Positions 48,301 through 59,823 are shown, numbered from the whole stretch's first letter. The stretch: 63,992 nt of DNA, filler included, from Stramenopiles sp. TOSAG23-6 (GCA_900128565.1; 5 parts of 5 records of this genome joined end to end with filler, not necessarily neighbours in it); one strand, 5' to 3'. The notes: generated by a model not told the origin, from the sequence alone. A program made the numbers and translations.

Positions 48301-49187
48301 TTCCTGGTACATCCTTTAATTGCTGTATTAATTTATTCCTCTGTCTAATTTCTTCAATTTTATTTGTAGAACACCACACTTTCATTATATTAGGACTTCG
48401 TCTAGAGATATTTTCTTCCATAGACAATGTATTGTAAAAAAAAAAATTGTATAAAATTCGTTAGGTACAAAATTTGGTACCAAAAAAATAAATAAATTTG
48501 AAATTGATAAAACGTACATTCGAAAGGCATTTTACCCTTATTATCTAGGATTTTTACGTTGGCTCCATGAGCAATCAAAAATGAACAGGCTGTTTCATTA
48601 TCATTGAGGAAGGCACAATGTAGTGCCGTTTTACCATTACTATCAATAGCATTTACATTTACCCCAGCATAAATTAAAGATCTCGCAAAGTTAACCATTT
48701 CATTCTTATTTATTAGACTATGCTCCAATTTCCGGATAGAGCATAGCCAATGCAACGCGGTTTGCCCAAAAATATCTTTTGATATAGCCGATGCGCCAGA
48801 GTTAATTAGTTTATGACCTACACCAAAATTACCCAGACCACATGACCATAATAAAGATGTTTCACTATTTTTATTTTTACTTTCTAAATGTACTCCGTGA
48901 TCGAGTAAGAGCGAAACTATTCTCTCATTATGTAAATGGTTACATGCCCAGTGTAGCAGAGTGCTCCCGTCTTTGGTGACTACATGTGCGTCAGCACCAG
49001 ATGACAATAAAGTTTCTGCCACACCTAGTTGACCTTTTGCAACAACTAAGTGTAGTGGAGTACAGCCCAAATCACTCTGAATATTGACATCAGCGCCAAG
49101 ACGTATTAATTCAAGTATCTTTTCCCTGTTACAATTATAACAAGCACTGAAGAGAGATTCTTGTAACTCTGCATCAGGAGTCGACAT
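45399..49187 (-). CDS. Ankyrin-repeat / EF-hand / coiled-coil protein; exons 49187-48518, 48426-48269, 48173-46633, 46509-45399
   Basis: Four ORF pieces join in frame when three family introns are removed; ankyrin repeats, then an EF-hand-like pair, then coiled coil. Confidence 0.7.
46510..46632 (-). mobile_element. Introner-family intron, GT-AT
   Basis: AG|GTATGT..CCAAAAATACAT|A, in frame. An in-frame AG 12 nt downstream is an alternative acceptor. Confidence 0.65.
48174..48268 (-). mobile_element. Introner-family intron, GA-AT
   Basis: CT|GAATGT..TACCTAAC..AAAATACAT|GAT gives the EF-loop-spaced ARNGPDKMTKDEF. Confidence 0.6.
48427..48517 (-). mobile_element. Introner-family intron, GT-AT
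   Basis: AT|GTACGT..CAATACAT|TG, in frame. Confidence 0.75.
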
Positions 49188-49543
49188 AACAGAACTATTA
49201 AATGATAACCATATGAGACATGGGTAATTGTAATGCTAGAGTTGCGACGTTTTAGTTATACATTTCAGATTGAGATTTGAATTAAATTTCAATTTCAATT
49301 TAAATTGCTCGTTTGAATAACCCTAACCCTAGCGATAATATAGCCGTTTTTTGAATCTTTTGAAATTTGAATCTCTCAAAAAAAAATCAAAAAGGGCGAA
49401 AATCATACTGTAGATCTCAGATATCTTCACAAAATACGAAGTAAGATTAAAGCCATGGAAATACCGTGATCCATTCCATCCGTGTTCCATTATAGCGAGG
49501 GTTTCTGACATTTCTTCTCCACGGTGTATAAGCAAAAGATTCG

Positions 49544-49744
49544 ATGGATCGTTACCGTGGATCGGCGCCTATGCCTCACTGGATTGTCAATTCCTTTTAC
49601 GCCGTCTTGGCTATCATCTTTGCCATCAGCTACTTCTTCGTCACGTATGTCGGGGGCGGCTGGATCGGTTTTCTTGCCGTAATGGTTTTACTTTGCCTCT
49701 GTTTCTTCCGATTAATTTACCTTGTGCTAAGCGATCTAGATTGA
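49544..49744 (+). CDS. Small two-helix membrane protein
   Basis: 66-aa ATG ORF, more GC-rich than its flanks, with two hydrophobic segments. Confidence 0.5.
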   Translation: MDRYRGSAPMPHWIVNSFYAVLAIIFAISYFFVTYVGGGWIGFLAVMVLLCLCFFRLIYLVLSDLD

Positions 49745-49858
49745 GCGCAAAGTAGTAAGCGAATAGTGTACAAAACACACAAATTTATAAACTCGAAATC
49801 TTGGATTTTTATAGATTATTATATAATATAATAATGTTTCTCAGTTTTCAAAATCAAT

Positions 49859-50683
49859 TCAAGGTTTCACATCATCTGATACTTGCCAAAGAAGATCAAA
49901 GTCTGGAGTGACTGTTGCACCGCCAGCATTTTCGGAGCCAATACCAAATTGACTTAACATGGCAAGGGCTAGCTTTTTTTTGTTCAACGCAGTCAAAATC
50001 ATATCCCGAATTTCTTTAGCATCTTCCAAAAATTTAACCAAAACGAGTACTTGTTCTAGTTTGGTCCAGAGAACCAATTTTATAGGTCTTCCTTGATCAA
50101 TGAAGGCTTGGCGAACTCGAGTTGCTCTGTCCAATACACTTTCCTCACTTCTGTCGATAGTTGAATCGATGTTTGGCAGTTCATTTTCTTTCTCAGCGAG
50201 TTCAGCTTTAACAAGATCTCCGATATCAGTATAATTCAACTCGTCAAAAGTTTCCTCGGCTTTTCGTATTCTCCTGTTTACAATGTCATACATTGTATCA
50301 CCTACCTGAGTCCACCAATAAACAGTGCGCATATCGAAACCCCAAGAATATATTTCTGGAATGAGTTCACGTGCAGTCGCGGTTGCTCCGTAATTAGCTC
50401 CATAATCAAGTAAAAGTTGTACAACTGCGGGATCATTGGTCATGAACATTACAGGGTAGGGACCCATATTGTTAGGAACCATATTGTTAGGGTTTGCACC
50501 CTCTTGCAAAGCAGTTGAAAGTTCATTTAGCCTACTTTGGCATCGTTCATTGCTACCACCAACTTTACGACAATGGGTATGCTGTGAAATGATTTCCCCA
50601 AGATCGTATTCGTTGTGGGCGACGTCTGCACAAAGCACAACGCCAAGGAGAGTAAAGAGTGATAATATTACAATTATTTTTAT
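49859..50683 (-). CDS. Ankyrin-like protein with a signal-peptide-like N-terminus lacking an ATG
   Basis: LQEGANPN and VVQLLLDYGAN motifs; the in-frame leader IKIIVILSLFTLLGVVLCA begins at ATA. Confidence 0.55.
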   Translation of the reverse strand: MKIIVILSLFTLLGVVLCADVAHNEYDLGEIISQHTHCRKVGGSNERCQSRLNELSTALQEGANPNNMVPNNMGPYPVMFMTNDPAVVQLLLDYGANYGATATARELIPEIYSWGFDMRTVYWWTQVGDTMYDIVNRRIRKAEETFDELNYTDIGDLVKAELAEKENELPNIDSTIDRSEESVLDRATRVRQAFIDQGRPIKLVLWTKLEQVLVLVKFLEDAKEIRDMILTALNKKKLALAMLSQFGIGSENAGGATVTPDFDLLWQVSDDVKP

Positions 50684-51055
50684 TTTTTTATGTAGAGTCG
50701 AAAATTTCTGTGCGCAAAATTCAAAATGTTGAACTTAGTTCCTCGAACACAGAACTGTACTGCCAGAGTGTTCTTTTTTTGTTCTTTTTTTGTTCTTTTT
50801 GAGTTCTTTTTGAGTTCTTTTACACGAAAAACGAAACCTGCAACCACAGGTATATTTCGTGTTTTGCTCAAAGTGAATTTGCGATATGTCACGCGTCGGG
50901 TAAAAGTAACGGTTCTGTGAAATTTGATTTAAGTAGCCTATAGTAGCCAACACTAAGCTAGTAGAAGTATCCTCGTCTAGTTTTCTATAACACCGACGGA
51001 TTTGAAAATACAAGAAATAACTCAGTTAATACACCACAGAAAATATTTTATAGTT

Positions 51056-52126
51056 ATGGATAGTCTTTACACTAGGGTTAATATAGGTGTCAAACCAAAG
51101 GATGTTTCGAAAGTTCAGGATGCTGCTCTTGTAAAATTTTTCAATTTTAACAAATTTCAGAGCGGAAGAATGGCAATAGAAAAGTTAGCAAAGTGTATAG
51201 AGAGCACTGACATTTCTCAGACGTCAGAAGAAAAGAATCGCATGATCAAATTGGCATATGCAACTTCTAGAGATGGGGAAACGATTACTTTATCAGATTT
51301 GAGGACATTAGTCAAAAATAAAATTGGAGTTGGAATGCTACATAAATTGTTTCAAGACGCCAATACCAACGTTAAATTCGAACGAGTACAATACTTCCTT
51401 GATGTCGATGAAATGATGGCATTGTTGAAGAAACTTGAAATCAAGATGCAACGCAGTGTATTTCAAAAACAACTTGCAGAAATGGATAAAGATTTAGATG
51501 GTCGGGTTGACTGGGAAGAGTTTCTTACAATAATGTCAAATATATTAGGCAGTTACGTTTGCGTCAACAAAGAGGATGTTGAGGGGGGTGACTTCAACCA
51601 GCTTCGTAATTCTACTACTCGAATGAAAACAAATTTGATCAATACGAATACAATAATAAAAGAATTAAACGAAAAAATTAGTCAGAAAAAACTTGAAATT
51701 GAGANACGTATTAAAGATACGGCTCTAGAGGATATTCGGAAAAAGTTGAAAAAAGAGTGGGACGAAAAAGACCGAATGGAAATGGCACTTCTTGATATGA
51801 AAATGAAACATTTTAATGAAATGAAAGATGTATTAATAAAGAATGATCAAGAGAAAGCAGATCTTGTGGATCGTTTTAACGAAGCCATTCGACAGCGCGA
51901 TTATGTACGAAAACAAATTAGTGTAGTTCGTGAAAAGTTCAAGGCAAAATTTTCAAATAATTTCCTCGCTGTGAAAGAAATTATGAATGTTTTAGCAGAG
52001 ATTGATTCAAGTGCAAAAGAGGTACACCAGGGCCTTGACTTGGCAGAGGAAGCAAGTAGTAAAACCAAAAAAGTTTGGGAAAAAATATCTGCGTATGAGA
52101 AACCTCCAGAAATTTCGAGTAATGAC
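51056..52126 (+). CDS. EF-hand plus coiled-coil protein (3'-truncated at a family intron starting 52127)
   Basis: DKDLDGRVDWEEF EF-hand; AC|GTATGT..TACCTAAC, then the scaffold end. Confidence 0.75.
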
Positions 52127-52307
52127 GTATGTTTTATTTTTTTCAATTTCAATTTTTTTTTTTCGTACGAAATGTTGTACCTAACAAAAATATTNNNNNN
52201 NNNNNNNNNNNNNNNNNNNNNNNNNNNNNNNNNNNNNNTTAATTAATTAANNNNNNNNNNNNNNNNNNNNNNNNNNNNNNNNNNNNNNNNNNNNAAAAAA
52301 AAAAAAA

Positions 52308-52351
<44 letters not shown>

Positions 52352-52360
52352 GAAAAAATT

Positions 52361-52394
<34 letters not shown>

Positions 52395-52445
52395 TTCTAA
52401 AAAGTTGTTGAAAAAAAAAAAAAAATTGTACAAAACAAAACATAC

Positions 52446-53611
52446 GTATCCTCCGGTGGCACCGCCTAATGCCTTACCTAGAGTAGATGTAATCACATCA
52501 ATTCTTCCCTGAACACCACAATGTTCATGTATTTTGGAAAATTATTTCAAAAAAAAAATTTCCGTAAAAAAAAAATTGTTAGGTACAAAATTTCGTACAA
52601 AAACAAAAAAAAAAAAAAATACAACATACATCTGTTCCACGGCCTGTTTTACCAAAGAAGCCTGAAGCGTGACACTCATCAATCATAACTTGTGCTTGAT
52701 ATGTATTGTGAAATATATTGTGTTGTAAAAAATAGTTGGGTACAAAATTTTCAAAAAAAAAATTAAATTGTGAAATTGTGAAATTGTGAAATGGTACATT
52801 TATCTGCTAAATCACAAATGTCACTTAGTGGCGCTACATCCCCATCCATTGAAAAAACGCCATCAGTAGCTATTAATTTTAATCGAGCTCCAGCTGCATC
52901 AGCTTCTTTTAATTTGTGTTCCAAGTCATCCATACACATATGTTCAAAACGATATCGTTTCGCTTTACAAAGACGAATTCCATCAATACTACATTTTGGA
53001 AAAATATTTCAAAAAAAAAAAATTCCGTAAAAAAAATCGTTAGGTACAAAATTTCGTACGAAAAAAAAAATCAATTTTTTGTTAAAAAAAAAAAATAAAA
53101 CATACATGGAGGCGTGATTTAAAGAGTCACTAATCACTGCATCATCTGCCGTTAGAATGGTTTCAAAAAGACCAGCATTAGCATCAAAACAACTCGGGAA
53201 AAGAATTGTATCTTCGGTTCCGTGAAACTTAGAAATGGCAGTCTCTAAATCTTTATGGATATCCTGAGTACCACAAATAAATCGCACCGATGCACAACCG
53301 AGTCCATGTGTCTCTAAAGTATTTTTAGCTGCTTGTACAAGTTCAGGGTGATCCGCCAACCCTAAGTAATTGTTTGCACAGAAATTTAATACTGGCTGCT
53401 TCGAACCTTGTACGGAAATTTCAGAATTTTGGGACGAGGTGATCACACGTTCATTTTTGAACGTTCCAGCCTCTTTTATTTCTTCGAGTTCTGCTTGCAG
53501 TATTTCCCGCATTGGAGTAAACGCAGCAGCAGTTTGATGTGCTCGAGTTGTAATAAAAGCATTTGAGTGAAGCTTCATAAATATTGATCTACATTTACTT
53601 GGGGATAACAT
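52446..53611 (-). CDS. GCAT: 2-amino-3-ketobutyrate CoA ligase, mitochondrial (3'-truncated); exons 53611-53106, 52988-52798, 52700-52630, 52526-52446
   Basis: [43 protein letters not shown] and TLGKALGGA motifs. Confidence 0.95.
52527..52629 (-). mobile_element. Introner-family intron, GT-AT
   Basis: GAT|GTATGT..CCAAAATACAT|GAA restores [15 protein letters not shown]. Confidence 0.87.
52701..52797 (-). mobile_element. Introner-family intron, GT-AT
   Basis: AT|GTACCA..CACAATACAT|AT restores [13 protein letters not shown]. Confidence 0.85.
52989..53105 (-). mobile_element. Introner-family intron, GT-AG variant
   Basis: AT|GTATGT..CCAAAATGTAG|T restores NHASIIDG. Confidence 0.9.
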
Positions 53612-54067
53612 GGTACTATATTACTCGTAATAAAGTTGTACTGTTTTTTTGGTGTATTTCAAAGTATTATATGTGTCACACTACTACTAATATTACCTAC
53701 AGTTAGTTGTAGGACTAGTAGGATAATCATTTAATAGTAAATAATGTCACAGAGAGAGAGAGACTCTTTTTTCTGTCATAACATGAGATTTGTCGGGGAA
53801 CCGGGTATCCTTAAAAATGAATTAATTTTTTTGTGAAACCAGTCAGCAAAAAGGTCCAATCTGAAAAAGTCTGCTGCTGCTGCTCTCTCAGGCTCAGCCC
53901 CTATATTTACTTACCATCATACTATATTATTTATTTTATTCAATAAGCTACCCTTGTGATTATCTGGACAGGTTACATACAACGTGTCGTACAATATCTG
54001 GTTCAGTGTATTGTGTAGCACATTTTCATTATATAGTATTAAATTATTTTACTAGTGGACAGCGAGT

Positions 54068-54604
54068 ATGCTTTTCAACGCAAATTCTCTTGCACGGAAA
54101 CACAACCTTCTAACAACAAAGTGGAAACTTGGTATCCTAGTACTAGGTATATTGTTTTTATTATGCGTATTCTTCATGGTATCCTCAGCTGTGGGCTCAT
54201 CAAGGCAAATTTATGAAGAAAACCTTCATTCACAAGGTATAGAACTTTTGAAGAGGCAGGTTAAAGATCTTCAAAAGACTGTTGCTGACCAACAAAGAGA
54301 AATAGCCACATTAGAAAGTTCACACACTGTAACAAATCCTGATTCAGTGGGTAATTATAAAACTATACCAGCGTTTCATGGGTATTCCTGGCAAGATTAC
54401 GATGGTGAAGCATTCCCTACACAAATTGGAATGGTTATAAAAAGGTCTTGTTTGTTCCTAATTTGGCTCACTTTAATTTTGACGCCAATGATTTTAACAA
54501 TCTGGTTGATACTTCCTATACCATATCGGAAAATTCCTGCGACAATAACGACTGTTGGATCGATATTTATGGTGTATTACTTTTTATTTCTCCTTCATGT
54601 ATAG
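54068..54604 (+). CDS. Hypothetical membrane protein with a short coiled coil
   Basis: 178 aa; three hydrophobic segments. Confidence 0.6.
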   Translation: MLFNANSLARKHNLLTTKWKLGILVLGILFLLCVFFMVSSAVGSSRQIYEENLHSQGIELLKRQVKDLQKTVADQQREIATLESSHTVTNPDSVGNYKTIPAFHGYSWQDYDGEAFPTQIGMVIKRSCLFLIWLTLILTPMILTIWLILPIPYRKIPATITTVGSIFMVYYFLFLLHV

Positions 54605-54831
54605 TCGGACAGTACAGATTTACTTTTTTACTCAATAGTATAAACATTAATGTAGATGTAATTAGTTCAACGTAGAGACGTATAACACTGTACCGGGTAA
54701 CATAATAAAATTCAAATGAAAAATTATATTTTATAATTGTCGCCTTTTTTCGATTTGCTATTTTTTTTTTAATTGTTTTTTTAATCGTCATTGAAGAGAG
54801 CGCAACAATTTTTACATGGTATACATAAAAG

Positions 54832-55575
54832 ATGATGATGAAATTACTTGTACTATTGATGGTATCTAACATTTATTGCACTGAGGGTGTAGTAGCTAAA
54901 CACGAAAGGGATGCTTTAAACAGTTTGTATTTCGCAACTAATGGAGATATTTGGAAGTGGAGGCCAAGGCAAAGTACCACCCCTTGGCCAAATGGACCTT
55001 GGAGGTTTAGTGGGTCTGTTTGCGGTTGGTTAGGCGTAGAGTGCAATCGTGATCAAACCACTGTAATTGCGTTAGACCTGCGTAACCAAAACCTATCTGG
55101 TTCAATACCAACGGAAATTGGTCATCTAACAAATCTTGAATATTTGAACTTCAGTTATAACAAGCTATCTGGTCCAATACTAAAACAATTTGGTCGACTA
55201 AGAAACCTCGAATTTTTGTGGTTGAACAACAACAAACTAACTGGTTTAGTACCAAAAGAAATTGGGCAGCTAACAAATCTTGAATATTTGAACTTGGATA
55301 ACAACCAACTATCTGGTTCGATTCCAACGCAAATTTATCAACTAACAAAACTCCGTTTTCTTGGTCAATCCGGTGCTTTTCATGTGGATGTTGATGGACA
55401 GCAGTTAGTTGAAAAATCCAAACCCGGTAAATTTCGTGCTGTTGCTACTGTAGAAGAAACTAATACGGAAGAAGTTGATACAGAAATTGGCAGATATAGT
55501 TCTTTCTTATACTCAATGGCAATTTTAGCATTGAGCGGATTAGTATTGGGGTTAGTTTTACGATTTTACGATTAG
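54832..55575 (+). CDS. LRR receptor-like protein (signal peptide, plant-type LRRs, C-terminal TM)
   Basis: ERDALNSLYFATNG..W..VCGWLGVEC cap; LSGSIPTEIGHLTNLEYLNF repeats. Confidence 0.87.
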   Translation: MMMKLLVLLMVSNIYCTEGVVAKHERDALNSLYFATNGDIWKWRPRQSTTPWPNGPWRFSGSVCGWLGVECNRDQTTVIALDLRNQNLSGSIPTEIGHLTNLEYLNFSYNKLSGPILKQFGRLRNLEFLWLNNNKLTGLVPKEIGQLTNLEYLNLDNNQLSGSIPTQIYQLTKLRFLGQSGAFHVDVDGQQLVEKSKPGKFRAVATVEETNTEEVDTEIGRYSSFLYSMAILALSGLVLGLVLRFYD

Positions 55576-55835
55576 TTTAAAAAAATATGTAAAAATATTT
55601 ATTGCATATCCAATCCAAGACTGACATGTTTGTATGTGTATCACTATATTAATTACTAATTATTCGCAAGGGCTGTAGAATATTTTCAAGTCATTACAAT
55701 AAAAACATTTTTAAAAAAGGTAAACATTACGTACAACATTTTGTATGAAAAAAATATATTTTTTGTTTATTTTTAGATTTTTTTTTTTTAGTTTTTTTAG
55801 CTTTTTAGTTTTTTTAGCATTTTTAGCTTTTAGGG

Positions 55836-58595
55836 TTATTGTTTTACTCTTGTTGCTTTTCTCTTGACTTTTTCAACAATATAACGAAAAAATGGAGGTC
55901 CAATGATTTGATTTATAACAACGACTGATATCATCGTTGTTGCAAATGCACCTCCCCAGCCACTGTATTCTAAATGTACTTTTTTAGCAAGTCCTAATGC
56001 TACTCCAGCTTGTGTGATGTATGCCATCCAAGATGATTTGTTCTCATCATCAGGCTCTCCGGACGCATATCCACCCAAATAAGCTCCAACCATAATTCCT
56101 AATATACGACCAACAACTATACTATATTTTGGAAAAATATTTCAAAAAAAAAAAAATCTAAAAAAACTTGTTAGGTACAAAATTTTTTTACAAAAAAAAA
56201 AAAAAAAAAAATTAAAACATACATAGATGCAATGTATAAATTCTCAGTCATGACTTTTAAATTAAGTGCTGCGCCGCATAATGTAAAAAAACTCACGTGT
56301 ACATATGGAGCAATCCGATCCTCCTTGTATTGTGAAAAATATTTTTTTTTGTAATTTCGAATTTATTTTTTTTCTTAGGTACAAAATTTCCTACGAAAAT
56401 TAAAAAAAAAAAATTTAAAAAAAAAACCTACATGGTGAGAAAGTGTTTGTTTCCATTGCTAAAGTTGACACACACAAAACCTGCAACAGTGCAAATAATA
56501 AGTGGTTGAAGGTATGGTTGAACTCTATGACCCACAGCAAAGGCAAGAAATCCACTAAGAAGTAAACATGTATTTTGGAAAAATATTTGAAAAAAAAAAA
56601 TTTCAATTTGTTAGGTACAAAATTTTTATAAAAAACCAAAAAAAAAAAAAAAAATCGAATTTGAAAAAAAACCAAAAAATAAAACATACATGTGTCTAAA
56701 ATTCTTGATATGATCTTTTGAAAACTTTGAGGGATATTGAGTGACCGAGTAGAGCTATCAAATCTGTCTTCATTTGAAAACTTATTTTGTTTAGGGTTAG
56801 GGTCAATAAGCCTTGTTGTAGTAGATGATTCATTAATGGAACTCTCAACATCTCGTGTTTCCAATCTTCCTTTATGTATTTTGGAAAAATATTTCAAAAT
56901 TAAATCCGTTAGGTACAAAATTTCGTATGAAAAATAAATTCGATTTTTTTTTTTTTTTTTTTTTTGGTAAAGAAAAAAAAATAAAAATAAAACATACATG
57001 TTTGGTTCTATAAGGTTCAATAATTTTATATACTTCAGATTTTTCAGATTTTTCAGATTTTTCAGTTTTTTCAGATTTTTTAGATTTTTTAGAATTTTTA
57101 GGGTTGAGCAACGGGTGATGAAATTTTGAATGTTTTGTGTTGAATAGAAATTCGTATAATTTATGACAACAAGAACATGGTGACTCAGGTGATAATGATA
57201 CTATCGCGGGTAAAAAAAACAAACCCCAAACAATTCCAAGTAATGCCGACATGCCTAACTGTGCAAAAAATACAGCAGTTACATAAATAGAACGAACTTC
57301 ATTAGCAAGCAATGCATTAGCAAATAACGAAGCTGCAGCAAAAATTCCAATGACAACTAAATCCATGACAACAGTGACTCCAAGAACCAATCTAGAAAAA
57401 GATAAATTTTCCGTGCCAGTTTCTCTAACTATTGCAATGGCAGATGCAGGAGATCTAGCTACAATAAGAGCTCCAGCCATCAAAGCCACTGCAAGAACTT
57501 GGTTCTGGCTCATTCCTTTCATAAACACAATTTGATTTGAAAGACAAACGACAAGAAATGTACCTACTAAATATTCAAACAGTACCAGTCCTAAAGTAAC
57601 ATACATAATAGCTTTCATGCGACCTTTCATTCGGCTTAATATCAGTTTACTTCCTGATGCATAGGATATAAATGCAAGGGCAGTTTCATCAATGAAACGT
57701 AGCGATCGAATGTCTGCCTCTGGTATTAGTTGTAGAGCTTGTGGACCGGTCAAGATACCCATTAGAAGAAAACCTGTTATTCTCGGTAAACCCATGTATT
57801 TTGGAAAAATATTTAAAAAAAAAAGTTTAAAATTTGTTTTCTATGAAAATTTCGTATGAAAACCAAAAAAAACAAAAAAAACAAAAAAAAAATAAAATAT
57901 ACATGCTAGGAAATGCCGCCCCAACACTTTGGCTCGCAACACAGACCATGGCAAAACGAACTGCAACTGCAAGTGATGGAATATAATCGCGTAATGATGG
58001 CGTATGTGTATTTCCACGAAGAGTATTTTTATCAGTGAATTTTGAGGCAGTACTTTTGTTATCCGCCGCATCAAGTACAGAGCAATCAATTGGCATTTTG
58101 CCAGCTGCCCAGTCCCCTTGCCCAGCTTGTAATGTAAAACTAAAAAAATAAGTAAAACCAGAAGGATCAAGTTTTACATTTCTTGCAGAGTTGAAACTAT
58201 CTGTAGCATTAAACCCATCAAGTAAACACAAACCTGGTCGCAATCCTACTTCCTCAGTACGTAGCCCAACAGTAATATTAGTCCCCATCATTGCAGGTGT
58301 ATATTTTGTGAAAAAAAAAAAAAAAAAAAAATTGAAATTCGTTAGGTATATAATTTCGTACGAAAACCAAAAAAAACAAAAAAAAAAAAATTTTACCAAA
58401 AAAAAAATTCATGGTGAAAATATACATGATCGGATAGTAAAGTGACTGCTTTAAGTTCTGGAGAGTTAGCATCAATACTTAACTCTGGATCATAAATATT
58501 CATAGGTCCTAAAGTCGATACATTTTTTGCTTCATCCACTAAAGAACATAAAAAAGGAAGTTGTCCAGAAAGCTGATTCACATATATTGTGAAAA

Positions 58596-58636
<41 letters not shown>

Positions 58637-58669
58637 AAATTTTTAAAAAAAAATTTTTTTTTTTTTAAA

Positions 58670-58701
<32 letters not shown>

Positions 58702-58962
58702 GTAAAAAAAAAAAAATATCGTTAGGTACAAAATTTCGTATGAAAAAAAAACCAAAAAAAAAAAAAAAATTCTAATCATTACTACAAAAAACGTACATCT
58801 CCTTCCTCGACTAAATAGTTTACAACATATAATCCACGGCCAAGGATAAGCACATCAGACACTCGTTTACCTTGCTTTACTTTACCTTTTGGGAAATTTA
58901 TGAAACAATCACCTAAAGTTAGATTTGAATCAAGGGAACTCGCTTCAACTTCTATAGAAACA
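55836..58962 (-). CDS. Cation/H+ exchanger (CPA-type) with N-terminal extracellular repeats; 7 family introns; 5' end uncertain
   Basis: GLPRITGF, ALAFISYASGSKL, ARSPASAIAIVRE, VTVVMD, FFTLCGAALNL, TQAGVALGLA and INQIIGPP motifs. Confidence 0.85.
56122..56222 (-). mobile_element. Introner-family intron, GT-AG variant
   Basis: AT|GTATGT..CCAAAATATAG|T. Confidence 0.85.
56325..56431 (-). mobile_element. Introner-family intron, GT-AA variant
   Basis: AT|GTAGGT..CACAATACAA|G; both adjacent AGs are out of frame with this donor. Confidence 0.65.
56568..56689 (-). mobile_element. Introner-family intron, GT-AT
   Basis: AT|GTATGT..CCAAAATACAT|GT opens the LLLSGF..QPLIICTVAGF exon. Confidence 0.82.
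56874..56997 (-). mobile_element. Introner-family intron, GT-AT
   Basis: CAT|GTATGT..CCAAAATACAT|AAA; the nearby AGs are out of frame. Confidence 0.8.
57794..57902 (-). mobile_element. Introner-family intron, GT-AT
   Basis: AT|GTATAT..CCAAAATACAT|G restores FPSMGLPRITG. Confidence 0.82.
58301..58425 (-). mobile_element. Introner-family intron, GT-AT
   Basis: CAT|GTATAT..CACAAAATAT|ACA, in frame. Confidence 0.65.
58582..58796 (-). mobile_element. Introner-family intron, GT-AT
   Basis: GAT|GTACGT..CACAATATAT|GTG, in frame. Confidence 0.72.
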
Positions 58963-59078
58963 ATGTATTTTGGAAAAATATTTCAAAAAAAAAAAAAAAA
59001 AACTGTTAGGTACAAAATTTCGTACNAAAAAAAAAAAAATTTTAATTTTCGAAAAAAAAAAAAAAAAATTAAACATAC
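58963..59078 (-). mobile_element. Introner-family intron, GT-AT, probably chimeric (single N at 59026)
   Basis: Family ends, but it links a kinase exon to exchanger exons. Confidence 0.65.
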
Positions 59079-59823
59079 ATATGTAATAGTTGTAAAGAAT
59101 GGCCAAAATCACCCATTAATTTTAATATAACAATTTCACGAGCCAAATGCAACGCTTCTGATTCATTTCTATCAATAATGTATTGTGTAAGATAGTACTG
59201 TGGTTTTAGGGTTAAACATCGTTTTAAAAAAAAAAACATGAAAAAATCATGAAAAAAAAAAAAAAATTGTTAGGTACAGAATTCCGTACAAAAAAAAAAA
59301 TCATGAAAAAAAAAAAAAAGACGTACACTTTTAATGCCACTTTTTTCCCTGTTGATTTCTCTATGCCATCATAAACTACTGCATATCGTCCAGTTCCAAG
59401 TTTTTCGCCAATGATGAAGCGATCTGTAAGTTTGGGATTCTGCATGGCTTTCTGACGTGTCGTTTTTGAGTTTTTTGAGTTTCGTGTACGTTTTGAGGTT
59501 GTTGTTTTTGAGGATTTCGAGGAATTCTCTTTTTTTTTATCTTTTTCATCACTTTGTGTTGTATTTTTGTCTTCTGTTGTTGTCCGAGGGGAAAAACTAG
59601 ATGCTAGAATACTTCCAGAAAGAAATCGATGTATCATAAATCGTGTACCATTTTGAATATCGGGTATATGAATCTCATCAGTATATAGAGCAAGAACACC
59701 AACTGAAAAAAAAGACATTGTAAGACAAGAGTTGCGTCGAAATTTGAAAAAATGATTATTTCGTAGAAAGACACCAAAGGAATTGTTGAAGACACGTGAC
59801 CTTAAAAATGACCACACAGTCAT
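59079..59823 (-). CDS. N-terminal fragment of a Ser/Thr protein kinase (subdomains I-IV)
   Basis: LGTGRYAVVY, VALKVIDR and LAREIVILK motifs; no catalytic loop follows. Confidence 0.75.
59178..59326 (-). mobile_element. Introner-family intron, GT-AT
   Basis: GT|GTACGT..CACAATACAT|T restores VALKVIDRNE. Confidence 0.75.

Noticed and set aside
58393-58779. Poly-Phe/poly-Lys ORFs and many short antisense ORFs in the track
   Set aside because: They are translations of intronic poly-T/poly-A tracts or shadows of real genes.
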